Shown here piece by piece: positions 24,170 through 36,455 of a stretch of DNA of 64,000 nt. How positions within the stretch are numbered: position 1 is the first letter of the stretch; each line of letters opens with the position of its first letter. The stretch spans positions 6,066,379 through 6,130,378 of the forward strand of contig NC_068997.1 in the NCBI RefSeq assembly GCF_001194135.2, given 5' to 3'. Under the pieces are notes generated by a model. That model was not told where the DNA came from and searched no databases. It saw nothing but the letters and a program-made list of their open reading frames with translations. Source of the stretch: Octopus bimaculoides. Its lineage: Eukaryota. The translations under genes were made by a program, and so were the position numbers.

Positions 24170-25989
24170 GCTTTTGAAATTTTTTGTATCCACCCGTTTT
24201 ATCTTGCGATGGAAAAATAAAATTTAGCTTTAGATATTTCTGTGTTTCATTTTCTAAATATCCGTTCACTTGTACGTTTCTTCAACGATATGGCCTTTTC
24301 TTCTGTCCTGCTCTCGCTATCCAGAATTTTAAAGATATTTCCGAAAAGTTGGTAAACAAGTATATGGATATAAGAAAATTGTCGAAAAGGAAAAATGAAA
24401 TAAATACTGACGCTTAAACAAGTAGACCTATGCATTTTCACTATACAGAAAAGAAATGACAATTTCACAAATTGTGTTGAGAAACATGCAAACATGTTGA
24501 ATATGGGTCAACTCAAAAAAGGATGGATTCTGGAGAGGCACCAGTATGTCAGGAAATCAACCGACTCCTTGCCTGAAGAGTTTATTCAAGAAAGGGCAAA
24601 AGAAAAAGTGATAGGTTTGCACGTAGAAAAACAAAGTGGTTTTCAATGTGCCTTCAAAATTAAGAGTTGAAGGAGGTTCTGAATTAAATAGCAAAACGTT
24701 TGTTAACATTGTAAAATAAAAAGAAGCTACTCGATTTGAGCCAGCTCAAGGAAAATGAAAATCCGTATGGTAGGTATGTAACAAAAGGCAGTACATCCTT
24801 GCCTGACAAATTTATCAAGAAAAGAGCAAAGAGAAATAAATCGCCTCATTCTCATCACCAGGAGCCGATGAAAACATAGATCACTACGCAACCGAGGTGG
24901 GAATGTAGCTCCTTTTAAAGTAGAGTACTGTTCAGAAGTCACATTCAGCTGTGACATCCTATCGTCTTATGACGATGTAGAGGTGTCGAAAAACGGATAA
25001 GGCAGAGAAACTACTAAAAAAAACGGTACAAAAAGGAGTGAACTTAGACAGAAAGCAGGCAAAAGTCTGGATGTCCCTCATTAAGGAGGCTAAACCTCTA
25101 TGAGGTGTTGGGCATTTTACTGAAAAGAAAACACTACTTGATCTTATACCGGCTCTGATAAAAGACGAACAGTAGGGCATACTGTGCTGATTAGTGAAGA
25201 ACGGGCCATGACTATCATTCTTATTTAAAAACCAAGAAAATTATTAACAGTCTTCTAGCAGTGAAAAAGGCTTTAGGATACTTCACAGATTGGCTAGGGA
25301 GATAGTTGCTTACGGGAAGTTTGCAAATCCAGTTTCCGGAAGTGATTGAAGAAAAAGGTGTCTGATCCTACCCAGGTGGCGGATTATCATTCGTATGTAA
25401 CAAGCTAGATGTCCCTTATTTGTATTTCTTCCTTTATTTATATTTCTTTATTTGTATCAAATTTTTAATAGGGCTTAAAATATATTTTTCATTACGTTTT
25501 CATCACACGCCACCACTTCATGTATGAATATCTCCACTACGTCATGTAACCCTTTTATTTTTGTGACACGCTTTGTATTAAATAAATAAGCCCTGTTGGC
25601 AAATAAAAGAAATGATTATCATCATCGTCATCGTCATCATCATCATCATCATCATCATTATCATTATCATCATCATTACCATCATCATCTTAATTTTGTT
25701 GTTTGGCCTCGAAGTTTCCCACGGTCCTTAATGTTAATGTCTGGGAATTATGAAAGGCGAGAAAAAAAAGGAAGACGATATTACATACAAACACATACAT
25801 GCAGACATACTCTCTCTCTCTCCTTCTCTCTCTCTATCTCACACACACACACACACATACGCACACACATACACACATATACACAAATACATATATACGT
25901 GCATACACAACTGGTTTTAATCTTCCCATTCGTAAAGAAATTAAATTCTTTCCTTTTTAGAGGCTTACTGAGCTGAGCTGAATTACGTT

Positions 25990-26012
25990 GTATTACTCAA
26001 CATGATAATCAT

Positions 26013-26096
<84 letters not shown>

Positions 26097-26590
26097 GCAC
26101 GCACGCACGCACTCACACAAACATACACACACGCGCGTGCACGCACAGACATACACACAGGTGCACCTGTACACATATATGTGCACATCTATATGCATAC
26201 ATATGCACATACATATATATGTACACATGTATATACATGCATGTAAGCATGCACATAGATGCGCACATACATGTATATATATATATATATCTATATCTAT
26301 ACACACAAGTAGAAATACATGTACACATATACATACATGCTTACGTACACGCGCATGCATGCAGGCATTCACACTCGCACACACACACGTGCGCGCACAC
26401 ACACACACATAAAGGCATATACACACATGCGCATACAAACATATGCACATATACAGAAGCACGCGCTCACACATACACACATGCATGAACTCACACACAC
26501 ATGTGTATACACTCATACGCACAAACATGTACACAGATATGTACATATATACACACATTTATGCACATACACTCATACATGCACATACAT
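25990..26590. repeat. Long degenerate (CA)n/(TA)n/(CG)-mixed alternating purine-pyrimidine tract
   Basis: Pure (CA)n decaying into cryptic dinucleotide repeats; overlapping ORFs are artefacts. Confidence 0.85.
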
Positions 26591-26736
26591 TCTTCTTCCG
26601 GTTGACCATCAAAATCCGATTATGCCATCCACTCCCAAAAAGATGACATTTTTTGATGACTAAACAATCCTATCGTAGACCACCAATTTCTGTTGCAAGT
26701 AGTGTGTTTATATGCGATGTATATGTGATGTGTGTG

Positions 26737-26783
<47 letters not shown>

Positions 26784-26787
26784 GTAA

Positions 26788-27026
26788 CTAGCAAAGGCAC
26801 CCGGCGTTGCCCGGGAATGAAATTGTTGCTTATATACTGGAAGAAGAAAAGCAAAATATACTGTATAGAAATTTGAGGACATTCTGTAGATGGACTCTCA
26901 GATGAATGATGGCTGGGCGCCTCTCATGAATGGGAAAATTGAAGATGCGCCAAAAAGCCTCATTGGTACTTGGAAACTTTTACAAAAATTAAAATGGGGA
27001 ATAAATGAAAAAAAATGATTTACGTG
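26788..27026 (-). mobile_element. Helitron 3' terminus
   Basis: Minus strand CCCGG-GCAACG-CCGGG hairpin, then an 8-nt spacer, CTAG and a T target base; the element runs into a gap. Confidence 0.7.
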
Positions 27027-28216
27027 NNNNNNNNNNNNNNNNNNNNNNNNNNNNNNNNNNNNNNNNNNNNNNNNNNNNNNNNNNNNNNNNNNNNNNNNNN
27101 NNNNNNNNNNNNNNNNNNNNNNNNNNNNNNNNNNNNNNNNNNNNNNNNNNNNNNNNNNNNNNNNNNNNNNNNNNNNNNNNNNNNNNNNNNNNNNNNNNNN
27201 NNNNNNNNNNNNNNNNNNNNNNNNNNNNNNNNNNNNNNNNNNNNNNNNNNNNNNNNNNNNNNNNNNNNNNNNNNNNNNNNNNNNNNNNNNNNNNNNNNNN
27301 NNNNNNNNNNNNNNNNNNNNNNNNNNNNNNNNNNNNNNNNNNNNNNNNNNNNNNNNNNNNNNNNNNNNNNNNNNNNNNNNNNNNNNNNNNNNNNNNNNNN
27401 NNNNNNNNNNNNNNNNNNNNNNNNNNNNNNNNNNNNNNNNNNNNNNNNNNNNNNNNNNNNNNNNNNNNNNNNNNNNNNNNNNNNNNNNGTACATGCATAA
27501 ATATGCATACATCTTTGTGTGTGAGTGTGTGTGTATGAGAGAGAGAGAGAGAGAGAGAGTAAATACTACATACACACCGCTCTCTCACTCTGTCTCACAC
27601 ACACACACACGCACACACGCACACATACACACGCACACATACATACACACGCACACATACATCCAAAAATGATGGACGCATATGACAACACACCCCTTGA
27701 CTCACTCACACTCTGTCTCTTATAAACACACACATACATAAATGTATACAAACATATTTACAAAGACACACGTGTGTATGCGTGCGCGCGTGTGTATGCG
27801 TGCGCGCGTGTGTTGCGTGTGAGAGAGAGAGAGAGAGGGGTTGAGAGAGAATATTGCGAAGAATGAATGAAATTAACATGAAATGAAAAAGTCGTATAAA
27901 TAAAAGCTCTTGTACGGAATGTTTAAAGTTGTGGACTTAGTAAATATTTCGAACATTTTTTTAAAGAAGTGAATCATAAATATGAAAAGCCTGACATTTA
28001 TCCGAGGTCAAATTATTCATGCATCACAAGTATGGAAGCATTTGTTGAAGTCGATTTCACGTGAAAAGCGAATACACAGACATCTCTGTTTTATATATTA
28101 GAAGATGTATATGTGATTTACATATATTTGATTACTGAGAACATGCAGATGTGGTTCACAAGGACACAGTTTAGATTATAACCCCTTCTGTACACTATGT
28201 ATATTTGATGTATATG

Positions 28217-28265
<49 letters not shown>

Positions 28266-28754
28266 NNNNNNNNNNNNNNNNNNNNNNNNNNNNNNNNNNN
28301 NNNNNNNNNNNNNNNNNNNNNNNNNNNNNNNNNNNNNNNNNNNNNNNNNNNNNNNNNNNNNNNNNNNNNNNNNNNNNNNNNNNNNNNNNNNNNNNNNNNN
28401 NNNNNNNNNNNNNNNNNNNNNNNNNNNNNNNNNNNNNNNNNNNNNNNNNNNNNNNNNNNNNNNNNNNNNNNNNNNNNNNNNNNNNNNNNNNNNNNNNNNN
28501 NNNNNNNNNNNNNNNNNNNNNNNNNNNNNNNNNNNNNNNNNNNNNNNNNNNNNNNNNNNNNNNNNNNNNNNNNNNNNNNNNNNNNNNNNNNNNNNNNNNN
28601 NNNNNNNNNNNNNNNNNNNNNNNNNNNNNNNNNNNNNNNNNNNNNNNNNNNNNNNNNNNNNNNNNNNNNNNNNNNNNNNNNNNNNNNNNNNNNNNNNNNN
28701 NNNNNNNNNNNNNNNNNNNNNNNNNNNNNNNNNNNNNNNNNNNNNNNNNNNATT

Positions 28755-28966
28755 ATAGTTAAAATTAGTTAAAGTAGGGTACCAACGGCCGTTTCTGGGA
28801 GTTCATTGCGGAAAAAAATAAAAAGATATAATACCCATTATTTGGCAATTCCTCCCGAAGAAGGAGGAATTACCAGATAATGGGTATTATATCCCTTTAT
28901 TTTTTTTCCCTGCAATGAACCCCCAAAAACAGCCGTTGGTACCCTACTTTAAGTAATTTTTACTAT
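28755..28966. mobile_element. 212-bp near-perfect palindromic (foldback) element
   Basis: ~100-bp arms at roughly 90% identity around a 7-nt loop CGAAGAA (28856-28862). Confidence 0.85.
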
Positions 28967-28999
28967 CACACTCAAGTCAGGTAATTGTCAACATGCACT

Positions 29000-30110
29000 A
29001 GAGGTAGACCATGTGGAAGTGCTCCAAAAACTTTCTATGGCGACTGTAGGTCACCCAAGTTTCGCAGGTTTAGGGGAGGGTGGTGATACAGACCATTTGA
29101 TATACGGCGTCCTTTGTAAAAGAAGGAAGACCTTTATATAGTTAAAAACTTCTGTACCTAAATCTCTCAAAAGTAGTCGATATGTGTTTAGTGCAGTCTT
29201 AAATGTCGTCTTCATTATTGCTATCCAAAGTGATAATACTCTCCAAATATTTAAACGATGATAGTCCTGATAGCTGTGCCTTTCCATCAGTAAAAACAAG
29301 TTGACTGCGTAGGACATTGACTGTCCATTAGCAGATCACATCTGTTTTTATGGTGTTGACTGTGCCAGCTTCTTCCTGTTTAATGTTCTCACAGCTTCAG
29401 CATTGTATGGGTCAAAAGGGCATTATCGTATTTACATAATAGCTCTAGAACCCGCCCTCTGCAATGCTAGACCCACCTGATGTTAAGATATTGTCGCTTT
29501 GTCTGAAGTAGATTACTAGACCGCTACTATCTTCAGTTTCATGGTGGAGAAGCCTGCTCGCACGTAGGAAAAATATGTTTAAGAACACTAGTGCTAATAC
29601 ATATCCTGTCTCACTCCTTTGTGTACAAGGAAGAGCTCGGACCTTTGTCCCCCTATCGATCCAAGCAGTCAACCCATTGCAGAACAAGTGGAAGATGTTT
29701 AATTTGTTGAGACACCAAACCTAAGGAGGACATTACACTTGGACACTTTTGGAAGTGTCAAATACTTCGCAGAGGTCGAGAAAGACCATAAATAAGTCCT
29801 GATGTTGCTCCTGACACTTTTCTTCAAGTTACCAGGCTGTGAAGATCATGTTCTTCTTTTTCCTAAATCCACATTGCGCCACAGTAAGTACTGACTCTGT
29901 GATACTGCTTCTGTTGTTTAGGAAGCAGCAACTTAGAAACAAAAGAAAGAAAGGACGTGGTTCTTATTGTGGCCTGTTGTGACATCAGCTCAGTCCATCA
30001 GCCATTAGAGGAGAAGTCAACAAGATTAATTTGATGATATCTCTAACCCAACGCTTAAAGACATATGCACAAAGTAACTTTGGCCACTGACACTAGCAGA
30101 AGGCTGGGAG
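29000..30110 (-). mobile_element. Old, degraded RTE-clade LINE RT fragment
   Basis: QCGFRKKKNMIFTAW*LEEKCQEQHQDLFMVFLDLCEVFDT, ETGYVLALVFLNIF, LLLVSVAKV; many stops. Confidence 0.7.
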
Positions 30111-30242
30111 AGGGGAACGCAATAGGTAATACGTACCACAGAAAACGAGTTGATAGACGAAAATGGAGAATAAAATCCGGTCCATGGTACACATTAATGA
30201 ACTTATGTATAGGCATAGTCATACACGTGCACACACACGCAT

Positions 30243-30288
<46 letters not shown>

Positions 30289-30782
30289 NNNNNNNNNNNN
30301 NNNNNNNNNNNNNNNNNNNNNNNNNNNNNNNNNNNNNNNNNNNNNNNNNNNNNNNNNNNNNNNNNNNNNNNNNNNNNNNNNNNNNNNNNNNNNNNNNNNN
30401 NNNNNNNNNNNNNNNNNNNNNNNNNNNNNNNNNNNNNNNNNNNNNNNNNNNNNNNNNNNNNNNNNNNNNNNNNNNNNNNNNNNNNNNNNNNNNNNNNNNN
30501 NNNNNNNNNNNNNNNNNNNNNNNNNNNNNNNNNNNNNNNNNNNNNNNNNNNNNNNNNNNNNNNNNNNNNNNNNNNNNNNNNNNNNNNNNNNNNNNNNNNN
30601 NNNNNNNNNNNNNNNNNNNNNNNNNNNNNNNNNNNNNNNNNNNNNNNNNNNNNNNNNNNNNNNNNNNNNNNNNNNNNNNNNNNNNNNNNNNNNNNNNNNN
30701 NNNNNNNNNNNNNNNNNNNNNNNNNNNNNNNNNNNNNNNNNNNNNNNNNNNNNNNNNNNNNNNNNNNNNNNNNNNNNNNNNN

Positions 30783-30784
30783 TG

Positions 30785-30826
<42 letters not shown>

Positions 30827-31015
30827 CTTTCTACTATAAGCACAAGGCCTGAAATTTTGGGGCAGGGGATTAGTCAATTGCATCGACCCCAGTGTTTCGC
30901 TGGTACTTAATTTATCGACCCCGAAAGGATGAAAAGTAAAGTCGGCCTCGGCGGAATGTGAACTCAGAACGTAAAGAAGGACGAAATGCTGGAAAGCATT
31001 TTGTCCGACGCAGTA
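30783..31015 (-). mobile_element. SINE family A with a (GTA)n tail
   Basis: Minus strand ends AGTAGAAAGGA+(GTA)n; a second family A copy on + at ~31215-31430. Confidence 0.8.
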
Positions 31016-31888
31016 AAGATTTTGATTTTAGCACAAGGACAGCAATTTTGGGTGAGAGAATTAGTTAATTACATCAATCCAGTACTTTACTAGTACTTTA
31101 TCTTAAAGTCAACATCAGCTACAATTTGAAGTCGCATGGCAGTTTTAATATAGTTTCTCTGTATTTTCATGTTGTATCCCTATTTGTGTCTCTATACTAT
31201 GTGTCAGAATTGTGTCCCAGCAAGGTGGCGTGCTAGTAGAATCGTCACATGTCGGACAAAATGCTTAGTGGTATTTCTTCCGGCTCCTTACGTTCTGAGT
31301 TCAAATGCCGCCGAAATTGACTTTTCCCTTCATCTTCTCTGAGTCGATAAAATAAGTATCGGTTGGGCACATGCAATCGACTTCCTCCTTCTCCTCAAAA
31401 TTACCGGCCTCGTGCTAAAATTTGAATGAAAAACAGTCAGAAAGAAATTCTGTGTCCTTGTGCTTTTTCTCTATATTGAGACTTCATGTTATACATTTAT
31501 CCTACCACTTCACGTTGTGTTTCACACACTACAAAAAAAAATTAAGTATTTTAGCAGTATTTTAACTATATGATAATCATGCAGAAGATATTTTGTGGAA
31601 AATTTCTTGTCATTGTTATAACTTGCCTTATCATTGAATTATTTTCACGTAAACTATTTATTCTTCGACTCATTCTGTAGTCTGTTTGTTGTGCGAAGAC
31701 AATGTTTCATCGATGAGGTCTTCTAAGATTTAAACAATAGCAGAATTGTCTGTATAACTACCAAACGTCAGGTACACTACTTTATCTCTTCTAGCTATCT
31801 CTATTTAAATTTTGACCAATTGAAAAATCGGAGTTCTTTCCCTTAAGTCTTTTTCTGTATTCTAATGACGATTCTTATTACAATTTAC

Positions 31889-32521
31889 GGATCTATTTTA
31901 AAACGGGGGAGCCAGTTTTCATTTATGTTTTATGTAGTGTTTTTGGTACGGAAAGACTTTCAAACTTCGTATACTTATCTATTTTGTGTTATAGAACAGA
32001 AAAATATTTTTGTATTCGAATTTATTTCATGTAAAAAATTGTCTTATTTCGATAATTTCTACTAATCACTGACGTCTATTCAGTTGAAAACAGTTAGCGC
32101 TGTAACGCTGTATATCGTATTAATCCCCTAACCCTAACTAGACTGTTAACCGTAACCCTAACTCTAGAATCCGAACTCTAAAATTGTTACACACATAGAC
32201 ACGCACAGCGTAATTTATTATATAAACAATATATGCGTATAAATTACGATTAAACCGGATGAAATATGTCACAGGGAATAACATTTTTATGACCGCCCAG
32301 CAGTAACTCTATTGAGCTGAATAGACGTCAGTGATTGGTTGAAATTACAGAAATACGACAACTTTAACATGGAATAACTTGCGAATTCCTTTTTTTTTTG
32401 TTAAGAAGACTAAGAGTAAAAGATGTTTTATATGACACATTCTACCAGTGTCCCAAGTTTCAAAGTGTTTCGTTAGTGTTTCGTTAAGAAAATACTGGCG
32501 CCCCCGTTTTAAAATAGATCC
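31889..32521. mobile_element. 633-bp MITE with long degenerate TIRs and an 8-bp TSD (Merlin-like termini)
   Basis: GGATCTATTTTAAAACGGGGG(A/C)GCCAG termini, TSD CAATTTAC at 31881-31888 and 32522-32529, inner 18-bp IR TCACTGACGTCTATTCAG, central CCCTAA units. Confidence 0.8.
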
Positions 32522-32645
32522 CAATTTACAAGTATGATAGACTGAATTTACACCTATATGAAGAATTTTAGATGTTTTTTTTTATATATACGTGACTCGG
32601 AAGCCAGCTCCTTAACCACACAGCTACACTTGCACCTGTTTAACA

Positions 32646-32770
32646 CTAGCAGTAATACCCGTCGTTGATCGGGTAGTTACTTTTACTGTTTCTCATGCAG
32701 AGAAGCTAGAAAAAATGGGTATACTATATAGAAGAATAGCTTTACGGAATCCAGGTAGCTGCGATGGTCA
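32646..32770 (-). mobile_element. Second Helitron 3' terminus
   Basis: Minus strand TACCCG-ATCAACGA-CGGGTA hairpin, TTACTG, CTAG, then T; the 5' extent is uncertain. Confidence 0.6.
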
Positions 32771-32784
32771 TAATGAAAAAGGAT

Positions 32785-33062
32785 CACTCCGTCGGTTTCG
32801 ACGACGAGGGTCTCAGCTGATACGATCAATGGAACACCCTGCTCATGAAATTAACGTGCAAGTGATTGAGCAATCCACAGACACATGTACCCCTAACGTA
32901 GTTCTCATGGAGACTCAGCGTGACACATAGCGTGACAAGGCCGACCCTTTGAAATACAGGTACTACTCATTTTTGCCAGCTGAGTGAACTGGAGCAATGT
33001 GAAATAAAGTGTCTTGCTCAAGAACACAACGCGTCGCCGGGAATCGAACTCACGACCTTACG
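32785..33062 (-). mobile_element. tRNA-derived SINE (family C-related, different 3' half)
   Basis: Minus strand GGTCGTGAGTTCGATTCCCGG B-box-like motif, then GTGTTCTTGAGCAAGACACTTTATTTCAC. Confidence 0.7.
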
Positions 33063-33329
33063 TGAGTCTTAACCAGATGACATCGCTCGATCTTCAGGTT
33101 ATGAAGTCCAAGATCATGGTGTGGTAATGTAGGATTTTGTAATCTTGGAAGGACCTGTGAGGTCTGTCTCGATAGGGGTAATCAATCAATAGTAATCTAA
33201 TACTGCGTCTTTACATTAGTTGCACCAGACCACGAATTTGTGGGACCATAAGGTTGGGAAGAGGGTATATCGTAATAGGCAAGATCTGTCCTCAGTGAAG
33301 ATTATTGATCCAAGGTACGTGAATAGGTG

Positions 33330-33758
33330 TGTAGTGACGTCATTTGGCGCCAAAATACAGTCGCCATTACTGCGTTTTCATCCACGCATGCGCAGGGAAT
33401 AGTTCCGGAAGGAACACGGGAAGAGTCCCATGCGCATGCGTGGAATTCAACATCTAAACATTCCCGCTTTTTTCATTCTCTTTTCTCGCCGGCCGGCGAA
33501 GAGGTAACACAGGTCCAACAGAGCTCTCTCACATGAGCGTGGTCGTATCAAGCTGTCTCTCCAACATTCCAACTCTGGGGACAGCTCACAACAACATTCC
33601 GGCGTCTCAGCAACCATGCCTGTTTTCCGCCATGAATAAATATTGTTATGTTTCTGGTTTAGAGACTGCGTTATCCGTTCTTAAATTTTTCCTTAAAGTT
33701 TGATGTGAGGAATTAGTTATTTAACCTAAAGGTTGAATAAAGAAAGATATTTCTTACA
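33330..33758. mobile_element. Solo LTR (probably Gypsy-type), 429 bp
   Basis: TGTA...TACA ends, 4-bp TSD GGTG on both sides, internal AATAAA; removing it restores an old LINE frame (STHLFTYLGSII) on the minus strand. Confidence 0.75.
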
Positions 33759-34444
33759 GGTGTGTAGATGGTGAATTTTCAAACTCACCTCGGATGGAAT
33801 TTGAACTCACATCGCAGCTTTAATAGTCTCCCCTATCCCTGCGCCTACCCACCATTTATGCAGAATAATTGTTGGCGCTGGGTGGATATCAAGTTGAACA
33901 CGGGTTTCTATCCCCCAGGAAATGTACTCTTGTCACAACAACAGCATTAACATTAATAGCAACAAAAGCAACAAAACCATTATTACGTCGTGTCCATTAT
34001 ATATATTTTATTATGATTTTGGGTATTTTTTCGTTCTTGTTTTAATCTTTCTTTTTAAAACCCTGTTTATTTTGCACCTTTTTTAAAATTTTGTGGTCAT
34101 TAACCCCTTATCTAATTCACTGCAATAGGGGACAATTATCCCTCTTTTTGTTTTGTTCAAGCTCAAGGCTATAGAAGGCTATACAAAACAAAATATAATC
34201 TGAAAATAGCGGTTAAAATCCTGCATTAAAATCCTCACAATAACAAACACAAAGACAATAATGATAAGAAGAGAAAAAGACTGTGGATGAGGTGTATGAA
34301 GAGAATTAAGGGAAAAGGAAGCTAATGATCATAGGCGAAAAACGAAATTCAAGAAAGATAGAAAGGGATGAGAGACGAAACGAAAAGAAATAGATTTAAC
34401 AATTATTTAATAAAAATCAATATTTATGTCTGTCTGTCTGTATG

Positions 34445-36455
34445 TCATTATTCAGTTTTATTTCAAGATTTCTTGCCAATTGAGAAAGAGCCGGTCTCTA
34501 ACTTAGATCCAAGGTTCCTTCATTGGAATTTCAACATCAACAGGGTATGTATGCATGCATATATGTATGTATGTATACGCGCAGATTTTATGTTTGTTTT
34601 ATGTATGTCTTCTCATGCATATACTTGCATATCTAGACATGCTCATCTATACTTAAATGATAAACTTCTGGAAAGGTTTCTGCAGGTTTCTTAATAGTTC
34701 AGCCTAGGTATTCTCCTTTTCACTGATCTCAGCTTTATGTTAACATCCACTGGGCCGCTGATTTCCACAACTGTACGCAATTTCTCTTCTCTATCCCAAA
34801 TCATTATATCAGGTCTATTGAGTTTACATTTTATTGAGGTTTTCACTGGGACATTCCACCAGTACTCCTTTTTATTATGAGTGGCTATGGCTTCCACCAT
34901 ACTGTGATTTCTCATTTTTTTATCCTCGGGCTTATCCTTCCGAAGGATTTCATTATATAGTGTCCTAGCTACAGCATCTTGTCTCATTGGTTCATAATAC
35001 TGTGATGACATTTTTGAACAACAGTTTATGATGTGGGTGATATCTTCCACAAAGTCTGCATCAGTTGTCACATTTTATTGCTTCTCCTGCATTTCTGTTC
35101 CTTTTGTGCATCAGATATTTGGTTGATATTTCCTGTTCCTGGATTGCAAACGTATATCGTTCGAAGTGGGAGATAGCAATCTGGTTGTTAGTTCATGATA
35201 AACAGCTTTGGCTGTCAATGTTACTATCATCTCGGAGCTTTCTACTAACATATCCATGCATGGTCTTCCACTCATATTTGCTCATCTTTCATCTAATGAT
35301 ATGTTGCGGTAGGGTTGTGCCAGACAAGAAATGCTGTTCAAGTAGCTGTCTTCCAAGTCTTATGATGTTACCAGCCTCATCTGTGCAAACTTGGTCAGGG
35401 ATGAACATCGACACTTGATGGCTAAAAGATGCTGCCGAAGGGATATGATACGACATTCAATGGCAATTTGGATCGATGTTAAGCCTCTGCCGCCTTGTTT
35501 TCGTTTTATGTAGGGACAGTCTATGTTACTGTTGATGTGAAAATTATGTGTGCTGGTTAGTATCTTCCGGGTTTTCACATCAATGGCTCGGATCTCATCA
35601 AGCATCCAATCAAGCAGCCCAAATGTTGGTATGGCACTGCAAACACATTGCGGGCCACTGTTTTATTGAATGCAGAGAGTTCCGAGGTTCAAATTTTCTT
35701 TATTCGGCTGTAATATTCTTTAGTGAGACGTGTTTTGTTACAGATACCATTGTAAGATATGTTTTCATCCACTCCTAGATACTTGTAACATTTCTCATTA
35801 GATATATGGGAAACAATTAAGTCATTGATGGAGATGTTGCTAGTTTGGTTTACAGTTTTCCCTCTTTCACAAACATATAGCAACATTTCTCCTGACCAAA
35901 TTCCAGTCCTATAACTTTTGAGAATGTTGTAACCAGGTCAAGACTATTTTTCATCTCATGCATATTCTTTGGATATAGTTTCAAATCATCCACGAAGAAA
36001 GTGTGTAATTTTAGTATTTCCGTTTCCTTGTGAACCAGTGAGATATCTTTTCTGACTTCCTTAATATGAACGACAAGGGGTTTACAGAAAGTATAAACAA
36101 CATCACAGAGAGACTGCGATATTATATTCTATCAGTGATAATACAGTGACTCCTTGTGTTTAATTTCAAGATGGTGGCCCACGATGAAGTTAGATCAGTT
36201 ATGGCTTTGATTATGCTTACTGGGACTTAAGCAAGTTGAAGGGCTTCTAGAAACCATGAGTGGGAAACAGAGTTAATGACTTTCTTGTAGTTTAACCACA
36301 TTGAAACTAGGTTCCTTCTATGCTCTCGCACTTCTGACATTACAGTTTTGTTTATTAACGATTGCTCGGCTCATCCCCAGACTCCTTTCTTCCCAACCGC
36401 TTACTCTGCTGTAATGACGTTATTGCTTTCACAATTGTCTTGGAGGAAGAGGTTT
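34445..36455 (-). mobile_element. R4/Dong-type LINE, ~2 kb, RT + zinc knuckle + RLE, decayed
   Basis: KKGVWG*AEQSLINK, WLNYKKVINSVSHSW, SLSVMLFIL, FVDDLKLY, YKYLGV, QGGRGL, HIINCC, KLNRPDIMIWD; the 3' end matches the 8207-9185 copy. Confidence 0.88.

Noticed and set aside
25616-25690. Poly-His ORF 25596-25976
   Set aside because: (CAT)n microsatellite with no splice or domain support.
32120-32165. Interstitial telomere
   Set aside because: Only a few degenerate CCCTAA units, internal to a MITE.
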